From the NCBI GenBank assembly GCA_000004985.1, contig GG738931.1: DNA of 64,000 nucleotides; one strand, given 5' to 3'. This DNA is from Naegleria gruberi (taxonomy: Eukaryota). Numbering within the stretch: the stretch's first letter is position 1; each line of letters starts with the position of its first letter. The position numbers were made by a program, and so were the translations under genes. The notes under the pieces are model-generated. The model was not told where the DNA came from and made no database searches. It worked only from the letters and a program-made list of their open reading frames with translations. Below, one piece after another: positions 55,265 through 64,000 of the stretch.

Positions 55265-57217
55265 ATGAAAACAAATCAACAACGAAGGAAGCCTTCGATT
55301 TTCTACGATACAATTTTTTTATTATCGGATGGCTATTTTTTTATTGATCAAGTGCTTCCGTTCTTCTGCTTTGCAGATTTTGAAAATTTATTTCTCACGT
55401 GTAGGGAGGTGGCACGATTGGTGAGCAAACAGCACCATGTTCGGTATTTGGTTAGAGTTAATGAACAGGCATTTAAGTGTCATCAACGATGGAGTGATTT
55501 TAATAATCATCATCAATATAGGAAAAGGGAATTTCCATCGTTGTTGCATTTTGCGGATGGGATAAAGATTTATCTGGAAGTAGTTGGAGGATTAGTGGAT
55601 AAAGTTATTGAATATTGTGGAAAGAGTAACAAGTCATTGAGTATTTGTTATAGAAACAACTATTATTCGAACCATGCCGAGTTGATGAAAAAGCTTGATA
55701 GCCCATCATTCAATAGGGTTAATACTTTTGGATTGTTACAGGCTGATATCGATAGTTATGAACCATTCTTAAAATTGTTTGCAGGGAAGAATGTGAAGAA
55801 GATTGAACTTTCAGCAGGATATTTCAGGAATGATTTCATTTCTATCACAAAACCAATTCTTGAAAAGATTAATTTTGGAGAGGTGCATTTTTCCATTTCC
55901 GGCTTTTATTACTCTATCGCTAGTTTGGCTGAAACCTTATCTAAAATGGATGTGAATGATAGAAATAAGATTAGGATTACAATAGGCAATGGTTGTACTA
56001 TTACTGGAAGTGATTATAGTTCCCTGAAGAACTTGGCGAATTTATTTCAATTTCAAACAATCACTATTTCAGACCCACCTCTAGTATCTCATCTTGTTGA
56101 TTGTAATTTTAGTTTGTTTGCGAATTCTTATAATGTAGAGGCAAAATCACTTACAAATATTGAAGATGTTGCTTTTCCCAAATTCTCAAACAACAAACCA
56201 CCTAGTTTTGAAATGAAGTATATTGAATTATCACTCACACCTACGAATGTTAATAACTTTCATGTATTGCACACAACAAAATATTTAACCTTATTAACCA
56301 TGAATAATTGCTCTATTGAGTTTTCTAATATAGAAAAACTAGAGTTGAATCTACTTCAATCTTTGAAATTGAATAAGTGCTCATTTATGAAAAATGGCAT
56401 AGAATCTAATATTGAATTTATTGAATGGATAGATACGGAAAGGCTTATAAATTTAACATGTGAATTCCTCAAGTTGAAAAAGATTCCTAATATCAAGTCA
56501 AAAGCACTTCACAATTTGAAAATTAGCAATAATGAAATCGAAACTATTGACCTGGAAACTTTGAATAGTCATAAATATTTGGCCTATCTGGATTTGAGAC
56601 ACAACAAATTGAGTGATCCAGATAATATTAACATGATTGTTGGAAAATATAGTCAATTGGATTTGGAAGGTAATCCAGCTTTAAATAATGTGATGATTGA
56701 CAAGAAGAAATTAGAGGTTATTACTGATTTCAAATACAATACCAATAGAGGAAGTAAGGTTATCACAAGACCTCTATTTTCAGGAACAGACACGGAGATT
56801 TTCAAATCATTCAAATCAGCTCTGAAAAGAAACAAGAACACTTTGCCTCCATTCAACAGCAAGGAGGACCTGATACAAGTAATAGAAAATCCAAAAAAGC
56901 TCACTAGCATTGAAAATACGAATGTAATATTCTGGAACAATAATTATAGCAACAACCAGAAATCATTTTCTTGTGATGGAAATTTAACTCGTGTTGGAAA
57001 AATTTCTTCACACTTTTGTCAGATTGCAATTCATCTCAATTCAAAATTACAACATCAATATGGTATGAAGTGGCTGCTATTTGGATTTAATGAATTCAAC
57101 GTAGAGCCATTGGATAATGAAAAAGTAATGTCTCAACTTTCGTATATTGTTCATGAGTGGTCCTTCATGTCTTCACACATTGAATTTGTTCGGGAATTGA
57201 GAAGAACATATCCATAG
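55265..57217 (+). CDS. F-box-like/LRR protein, family C (about 650 aa).
   Basis: The first in-frame ATG is at 55265; the track's start at 55238 is TTG. N-terminus IFLLSDGYFFIDQVLPFFCFADFENLFLTCREVARLV, then C-terminal LRRs (LHNLKISNNEIETIDLETLNSHKYLAYLDLRHNKLSD). Confidence 0.6.
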   Translation: MKTNQQRRKPSIFYDTIFLLSDGYFFIDQVLPFFCFADFENLFLTCREVARLVSKQHHVRYLVRVNEQAFKCHQRWSDFNNHHQYRKREFPSLLHFADGIKIYLEVVGGLVDKVIEYCGKSNKSLSICYRNNYYSNHAELMKKLDSPSFNRVNTFGLLQADIDSYEPFLKLFAGKNVKKIELSAGYFRNDFISITKPILEKINFGEVHFSISGFYYSIASLAETLSKMDVNDRNKIRITIGNGCTITGSDYSSLKNLANLFQFQTITISDPPLVSHLVDCNFSLFANSYNVEAKSLTNIEDVAFPKFSNNKPPSFEMKYIELSLTPTNVNNFHVLHTTKYLTLLTMNNCSIEFSNIEKLELNLLQSLKLNKCSFMKNGIESNIEFIEWIDTERLINLTCEFLKLKKIPNIKSKALHNLKISNNEIETIDLETLNSHKYLAYLDLRHNKLSDPDNINMIVGKYSQLDLEGNPALNNVMIDKKKLEVITDFKYNTNRGSKVITRPLFSGTDTEIFKSFKSALKRNKNTLPPFNSKEDLIQVIENPKKLTSIENTNVIFWNNNYSNNQKSFSCDGNLTRVGKISSHFCQIAIHLNSKLQHQYGMKWLLFGFNEFNVEPLDNEKVMSQLSYIVHEWSFMSSHIEFVRELRRTYP

Positions 57218-57234
57218 AGATATAATTACAGATT

Positions 57235-59766
57235 TTATAATTCGAACTGTGATGATTGAGAAGGAAGATTTCCCTGTTGTTTTCTATTCAATACAAACAT
57301 TACAATAGACACAATCAATGCAATCATACACAAACACATTAGAAGGAAGAAAGTTGGAACTAGAATTGCAATTAAAATGACTGATAAATCTCCAGTACTG
57401 ACCGTTGAAGAAGCTGAACGATTTGTGAGAGCTGATCTCTGGACAGCAACAGAGGAAATGTAGGAAGTAGAACAGATTATTTGATTAGAGGTGGAAAAGG
57501 ATGAGGTAACTAATTGATTCGTCCAACTATTCGAATCATAATCAAATCTCAAACAAGTATAATTATAATTGGAAACATCAAAAATCAAACCACTGAAATA
57601 ATACTTGATTTGCTTAGATAACTGAATATGAATCAACTCTGATTTGGCATTCTGAATCATGAAATTAGTAACATTCGAATAAAATTGCTCATTCGACCGA
57701 GTTGAAGAAGTGCTGAAATAAAAACTATTGGACGATAAATTCAATCCAAAAGTAGAACCATCCTCAACGTAAATCAATTGCTTTTCATTTGCCAAACTCA
57801 GAACCAAATATTCCCAAGTATTTGATGACATCTTTACAAAGGTTTCAGTTTCAGAGCCAGTGGAACATGTCAATTCGTTGCTGTCACTGTCTAAATCCAT
57901 CAAACATTCAATAATGGAACAATCGAGATATTTCCAATGAGTATTGCATGAACAAGTGTTATTGGAAATGCAAGTTCCATGATTACTGCAATTACTCAAT
58001 GCATCACATGAAATTGTTGAACATTGAGAATTACCTTTCCAACCAGAATTACATTCGCATGAATTATTCGAAACACAACTTCCATGACCTGAACATTCGT
58101 TTAAGGCATCACATGAAATTTGAGAACATTGAGAGTTTCCTCTCCATCCTGAATGACAGCTACAAGTATTATTCGAAACGCAATCACCATGATGAGAACA
58201 ATTATTAAGAATTTCACATGTGAAAAGTGAACATTGAGAATTTCCCTTCCAACCAACTTGACATTCACACGTATTATTCGAAACACAATTTCCATTACCA
58301 TAACAATCATTCAAAGCATCACAGCTAATCACAGAACATTGAGCATTTCCTTTGAATCCACTTTCACATGAACATGAATTATTCGAAACACATTGACCAT
58401 GACCTGAACAATTGTTTAAAGTTTCACAAGTAAAGTTTGAGCATTCAGAATTACCAAGCCAACCATTGTTGCATTCGCATGTATTATTCGAAACACAATG
58501 TCCATTTCCATTACATTCGTTTAAAACTTCACAAGAAAAGGAAGAACAAGAAGAATCTGATTTCCAACCTGATTCGCATGAACAGGTATTATTTGAAATG
58601 CATGAACCGTGACCTGAACAGTGATTCAAAGAATCGCAACTAATAGCTGAACAATGAGAATTACCTTTCCAGCCAGAATTACATTCGCATGAATTATTCG
58701 AAACACATTGTCCATGATTATTGCAATGATTTAAAGCTTCACAACTAAATAAGGAACAATTAGAATCTCCTTTCCATCCTGAATAACACATACAAGTATT
58801 ATTCGAAACGCATGAGCCATGACCATTACAATTATCAACTAGCTCACAAGACGGAGTTTTACAATTTTCACCATGCCAATAATCATCACATTGACATGTA
58901 TTATTCGAAACACATTGTCCATGTCCAGAACAATAATTCACGCCATCACATGAAAATTGAGAACAGTTGACATTTCCTTTCCATCCAGATTGACAGGAAC
59001 AAGTATTTGCTGATATACAACTTCCATGATCTAAACTGCAATTATCTCTGGAAATGCAATTAAAAAATTGACACTTGTTTCCATGATAACCATCAGAACA
59101 GACACAATTATTTGGAGATGGACATGAGCCATGACCAGAACAAACTAAACTAGAGGTGGACAATACATTATAACATAATGGAGTGGTGCAGTTTAGTCCT
59201 TCCCATAAATAGGTATTCGAAAGTCCAGCTGTCCAAGTGTGGGTTTCCCAACAAACTTCCTCTTGAGCTCCGTAGAGAACTAAATTACCATCATTTTGTA
59301 AAACTAATCTAAAAGGAGCTGTTCCAGAACCACAACTACTTGCTAATCCTAACAGATTAGTACTCCCACCATTTCCTTTTATGGACAAGGAACCATCTGT
59401 GGCCAAAGCCAAGACATATGGTCCACTTCCACCTGTAGCAGTATAGGATTTCTTCTCCTCAGCTGTAATAGAATTCATAAGAGACAAGACACCACTCGAT
59501 TTCATGGCCAAAGTAAAGGTTCCATCTGTGGACACGAGAGATTCTCCCTGAACTAAAGTTTGTCTTCTGTCAGCTGTCCAAGCAGAGTAGATGGAGTTTT
59601 GATAGACACTATCGACACAATAGCAAGTACCATAGTTACAGACTCCATGACTACCACACGAATCTTGTTCAGTTGCGAGAATGCCATTACAAGTGGACAC
59701 AGCCAAAGTTGTGCTTGCCAATGAAAGCAAGTTGACCAGAAGAAGAAGAGAAATTAAAAGCTTCAT
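57235..59766 (-). CDS. Type I membrane protein: signal peptide, bulb-type (B) lectin domain, about 13 EGF-like repeats, TM.
   Basis: MKLLISLLLLVNLLSLASTTLA. Lectin motif LQNDGNLVLY. Repeats CSGHGxCxSNNTCxCxSGWKGNSxC. C-terminal TM ILIAILVPTFFLLMCLCMIALIVSIVMFVL. Confidence 0.7.
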   Translation of the reverse strand: MKLLISLLLLVNLLSLASTTLAVSTCNGILATEQDSCGSHGVCNYGTCYCVDSVYQNSIYSAWTADRRQTLVQGESLVSTDGTFTLAMKSSGVLSLMNSITAEEKKSYTATGGSGPYVLALATDGSLSIKGNGGSTNLLGLASSCGSGTAPFRLVLQNDGNLVLYGAQEEVCWETHTWTAGLSNTYLWEGLNCTTPLCYNVLSTSSLVCSGHGSCPSPNNCVCSDGYHGNKCQFFNCISRDNCSLDHGSCISANTCSCQSGWKGNVNCSQFSCDGVNYCSGHGQCVSNNTCQCDDYWHGENCKTPSCELVDNCNGHGSCVSNNTCMCYSGWKGDSNCSLFSCEALNHCNNHGQCVSNNSCECNSGWKGNSHCSAISCDSLNHCSGHGSCISNNTCSCESGWKSDSSCSSFSCEVLNECNGNGHCVSNNTCECNNGWLGNSECSNFTCETLNNCSGHGQCVSNNSCSCESGFKGNAQCSVISCDALNDCYGNGNCVSNNTCECQVGWKGNSQCSLFTCEILNNCSHHGDCVSNNTCSCHSGWRGNSQCSQISCDALNECSGHGSCVSNNSCECNSGWKGNSQCSTISCDALSNCSNHGTCISNNTCSCNTHWKYLDCSIIECLMDLDSDSNELTCSTGSETETFVKMSSNTWEYLVLSLANEKQLIYVEDGSTFGLNLSSNSFYFSTSSTRSNEQFYSNVTNFMIQNAKSELIHIQLSKQIKYYFSGLIFDVSNYNYTCLRFDYDSNSWTNQLVTSSFSTSNQIICSTSYISSVAVQRSALTNRSASSTVSTGDLSVILIAILVPTFFLLMCLCMIALIVSIVMFVLNRKQQGNLPSQSSQFEL

Positions 59767-60757
59767 GTCTATTTTTTTTAATTGAATGTTGTTAGTGAGG
59801 TGAGCTGGTTAAATAGTTTTATGTCCAAGGAATGTGGAATGTTGTGAAAGGATGTTATCTTGTCAGCTGTCTTCAGTTTTGATTCATGAAATTGCAGGAA
59901 AGAAGAAGGTTCTTTCATTGACACAGAGTTCAGTAACAGTTATTTCATGAAACGTTCAAGATTCTATTTCACCTTCCTTATTACTCACAATCAACCAACC
60001 AAACTTGAGTTTCTATTAGATTGCCAAAACTTTTTATTAGATTACATTGTTGCTGATTTAGAAGAATAAGGAATAGTATTCTCTTGAACAAAATGGTAGC
60101 ACCTTGATCCATAATGAATTAGCAGTAGTCCTACAATTGGTTTCAGAATTCTACCGAATTGAAGAAGGAAAAGGGGCAAATTACGAAATTTACATTTTCG
60201 GATTTTAATTTCATGTTCTTTACAACATATAGTTTTGATTTCAACGGTATAAATACAAGACTTTATTTCAATAAAAAATAAAGAACATAATTGTTCAGAT
60301 TCTACACATTTAATCCGAGCGTGATAATTTTAATAAGCATAAACATGATGTCAATATTTATTAAGCTCAAAAAAAATGTCGACCAACAAACAAGAAACCA
60401 TCACGTGGATTCAATATTCAAAAGTAACGGAAAGATGCTGATTTTTGGTGCCTTAAATGAAGAACAGCACGAGGAAGACGAACAGTTAATGGAATTTGCC
60501 TAGGAAAACATTCAATACTTAAGATCAAATTTCGTTGTGTGACTCAAAAACCATGAGAAGCAACAACTTGATAAAAGATTAGTACTTCACTTGTTGCACA
60601 ATGATTTCTTCTCTTCAGATTGTAATAGAATCTGATACAGAATAGAATTCATAAAGGTTCTTTGGTGAATACGCAGAGTTCAGATGCTGAACCCAAACTT
60701 CCATAAAACATTGCTAATTCATTGGTACAACTTTTTATTAGAAATTGTAGTACAGAT

Positions 60758-61249
60758 TTAGAAGAACAAGGCAACAAGGATAGATAGAATGAACAAAATT
60801 GCAGCTCCTTGATTCAATGAATTAGCAGCACTCCAACAATTGGTTTCAGGATAGGCAGTACAATCAAGTAAGTTTGCTAAAGTTGGACAAACAGCTTTCA
60901 TCTCCAAACAAGCAGATTTACAGACTGAAACTTCATATTGGCCTTGAGAATATGTAACATAACCTTGATTCTTTGGATCACAAATGGCACAACTTTTTTT
61001 GGTAATTTTTGCAGTACATTCTGGGGAAAGACCTCCTAAAACATTGCTAACGGCGATTTGAGAAGTAATTAATGCATCCATTGTAGCGTCACAACAAGAA
61101 ACACCTGAACCAACACCAGTACATGTCTTACAACCAGTACAAGCAGTAGCTTGGAAAGGAATTGCAGTGTTGTTGCATGTTTGAGCATTTGCAAAACAGG
61201 AGAGAATCAAGATGAGGACAAATCCACACAAAATGGTATGTTTGAACAT
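60758..61249 (-). CDS. Small secreted Cys-rich protein (163 aa) with a GPI-anchor-type C-terminus.
   Basis: Signal peptide MFKHTILCGFVLILILSCFANA. About 16 Cys. C-terminal hydrophobic AAILFILSILVALFF. Confidence 0.5.
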   Translation of the reverse strand: MFKHTILCGFVLILILSCFANAQTCNNTAIPFQATACTGCKTCTGVGSGVSCCDATMDALITSQIAVSNVLGGLSPECTAKITKKSCAICDPKNQGYVTYSQGQYEVSVCKSACLEMKAVCPTLANLLDCTAYPETNCWSAANSLNQGAAILFILSILVALFF

Positions 61250-61540
61250 TTTTGCTATTAAGGTTATTTGTTTTGTTTTTTTTGTGTGAAAATATTAAGA
61301 TGTGCAAACTTGTCCAATTTGAAGTGTTGGTGTTGGTAAAAACTTTTCATTGTAAAATATTACTGCCCCGTAAACAAGTTTTTAACCCTGAATTGTGCAA
61401 ATCCAACTGTGTGTGGGGATGAAGCTTCAACTTTAGATTCATATTAGGAACTCAAAAATGGAAATGTACATTTGATCATCTCTTTATTTGTCGATGATCT
61501 TTGAAAAATGCAAACATTGTGCAGCATCACCTTGTGTGTG

Positions 61541-64000
61541 TTAAAAGGATATCGAAGAATCATCGTGTACGGAGGAGGACGTTGAGGCAGAGCTGATTTT
61601 TCTTTGTGTATTTGTTGTCACACTTGTTGTACCACTCTGTTCATAGTATTGGACCTTTGATTGTTGTGGGGATGGCTTGGAAGAATGGTGAAGCTTCCTC
61701 TTCTTCTTCTTCTTCATAAGGCAACAACACAAATGCTTGGTGTAGAAAATCTTAATAAAACTAGTATCACTGAGGAAGTAAAATCTGTTGCAATGTGAGA
61801 GAATGATGAAAATGTGAGTGATGGACCAAGGATAAACAGACATGAAACGATCTCCAATATTATTGAAGGTAGTGAGGAAATAAGGATAGGAAATTATAAA
61901 ATACACTGTATAGCATGTAAAATACAAGTAGGTCAAGCTTTCAAAGAGTAAATACTTTGTAAACTGATAGAGTTATTTCACAATTATTGTATCATTTAAA
62001 AAACAAACCTTGAATTGGAAGAATCTAATCTCGTTATTATTCTTCAACACTCTAAAATAAACCTTAATTCCATATCCAACCAATAGAGGGAAACAAATGA
62101 TAAAGTACAAGAACAGGACAACCAACATGATATATCTGGCCAATAGAACACTTGAATATCCACTCACAAAAATCACAGTCAGCATGTATCCAATAAATAA
62201 CATTATTGTTGATGTGAAAACAACAATAGAAAGAGCCTTAATGTGACGACCAGAATGAGAAGTTGGATCTTGGCTGTCAATCTTTCTCAAAACAACCAAC
62301 CACTGGAAGACAATTGGAATCAATCCCATCAAGGAGAGAACACAAGTTATAGAAATGAGTACCAATCTAGCATCATAGGGAAGGGATGGAATCAAACTCA
62401 AGAAACCTGCAATTAAATTTGTAATGGAAATAATTGTTGCAATAATTCTAAAGTCAAATACAGATTTGGCAAGTGATTTAAATACTCTCTTCCAATTGGT
62501 CTTTCTCCTCTTTGGAGTACCTAGGTTGAGGAGGGGTGTATCAATCTCTGGTGTGTTTTTTTCAGTCTTTTCAGTTTCATATTTGTAATATGAACTAGTA
62601 ATAGTGTCCTCACTGTCAGAACTTTGATCGAGTATTGGGAGTACAGAAGGAGAGTTGGATCTGGAACGTTGTTTGAATGATTTCTTAGGTGTAGTTTCAC
62701 TGATCAATTTGAAAGAATAGGAATTCTCATCAAAGGTCAACTTGGCTTGCAAATCTTGTGTTGAGCTGGTATCGGTGGTAATTCTCGCTAAAGATGAACG
62801 TGTTCCCAATCTAACATGCTTGTACAGTAATGGAATTAACACAATGGCAATGATGAGCAAGAGCTGAATCAAATAGAGTCCAATAAACATTCCTCTAATT
62901 CCATTCTGGAAGTCGTTAGTATAGTACAAATCACTCCACTCATCACACTTGGAAGAAAAACTTGAACTCGAATAACAATAACAAACTCTGTAAGGGAAAT
63001 AGTAGAGTAAGCGAGGATCATTCAGAGAAGAATAGGTCATGGTATTGAGGAGAGGAAGAGAATATCCCTTCTGTCCACAAATATCCTGATCTGTTTCTAA
63101 TCCCAACAAGTCACTCTTCATAGCAGCAGTGGTCATGTTTGTTGAACTGTCCTTACTGGAGGCAGAAGCAGATTTCAAAGCATTCATACTAAATGGCAAA
63201 GTACACTGTCCCTCTTCTCTCTCCTTCTTGAACAACTCAAATGAGGGATTTCCCACCTTACAATAATGACAATAATTATATAATCTAGTGAGTTGTGAAA
63301 TTGTCATTGTAATCCAACCAGTTGTTGGCTCTTCTTCTTCTTCATAATAATTACTTCCAGAAATCTCACTTGAATTTTCCAATGTCAATTTTATGGAGAA
63401 TTGTGTAGTGACGACACTTGGAAAGAATGAATTTTCACTCAAAGACCTGGACAAATTACTGAAAATCTCCTGAATGATCAATCGATTAGAAGAGTCTTTC
63501 GGATTGCAAAAGAATTGGGAACACATGGTTGGTATTTGTGAGAGAGCAACTCCAATTTCTTGTTCTTGTTGTTGATTTGTTGTTGCTAATGTACCTTGTT
63601 GATCCAACCACTTTTGGACTTGATAGCAATAACTAGTTTGATTATTAGGAATTAAAACATGCTGCTGATCATCTCGATCAATAGAAGATGTTGTTATTAT
63701 AGTTTCTTCGGATGTTGATTCCATAGAATTTACATCATGATAATTGTTTTGATTAATATTATTAATATTGTTGTGATTATTAAATAATTTAGAAGTGGAA
63801 GTAGAGGAAAGAGGATAGAGAATTGGTGGATAGGAAGTTCCATAAACAGCATCAGTTCCTCCAGTTAATCTGATGGTGAAGGTGGAGAAGGGAGAATGTT
63901 CAAGAGGAAGTGAATTACAACTTTCCAAATTCTTATTATTGTTATTATTACTATTGGAAAAGTAGGAACAATCCAAGCCTGTTGGAAATTCTTGTTGATC
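61541..64000 (-). CDS. Multipass membrane protein, partial at the window edge. Putative 2 exons.
   Basis: The ORF is open to 64000. Low-complexity N-terminus, then at least 5 TM helices. Possible donor FQFK|GTTTGT at ~62002 and acceptor tatcag|TTTACA at ~61957 join it to the 61936-61541 frame (…HLCCCLMKKKKKRK…). Confidence 0.45.

Noticed and set aside
1-64000. Checked for prokaryotic features: CRISPR arrays, operons, RBS-spaced genes, and defence or toxin systems.
   Set aside because: GT-AG introns, a CAAX-box Ras, a eukaryotic tRNA, telomere repeats, F-box and EGF proteins show this is eukaryotic nuclear DNA. No CRISPR-like spacer/repeat structure is present.

Overview
This 64-kb window is an AT-rich eukaryotic nuclear chromosome end, not a prokaryotic locus. 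It opens with about 390 bp of (CCCAAA)n, the C-rich strand of a TTTGGG telomere in the orientation expected for a left chromosome end. A second internal (CCCAAA)n array lies at 1615-1865, followed by 14-bp telomere-associated repeats and a 2.6-kb assembly gap. The remaining ~58 kb is gene-dense, about 39 genes on both strands. Introns are short, 40-150 nt, with GTAAGT donors. Many proteins are Asn/Gln/Ser-rich. The ORF track sometimes labels non-ATG codons (GTG/TTG) as M, so I re-derived starts where I could. The main features are:
- A multigene family of F-box-like/LRR proteins (six loci). Three are close paralogs: two intact ones sit in tandem around a tRNA-Leu(CAA) gene and a 4-hydroxyphenylpyruvate dioxygenase gene, and a third is frameshifted and has lost its start codon.
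- Further apparent pseudogenes: a BTB gene, an acidic F-box gene and a DUF4116-like repeat relic.
- A gene whose N-terminal collagen-like, Gly-rich region is encoded by a tandem array of 9-36-nt mini-exons, each bounded by 40-50-nt phase-2 GTAAGT introns.
- Two large single-exon surface proteins built from tenascin-type EGF repeats, one with an NHL-like N-terminal domain and one with a bulb-type lectin domain.
- A membrane-anchored subtilase, cathepsin Z, a GnT-I-like glycosyltransferase, an SDR oxidoreductase and a C2-domain protein.
- A GPI-anchored periplasmic-binding-protein-like protein.
- A Ras-like GTPase with a non-canonical switch II, next to a divergent EF1A-like GTPase.
Gene content and low-complexity composition fit an amoebozoan-like (dictyostelid-type) or similar AT-rich protist genome. 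I cannot assign the organism from sequence alone.
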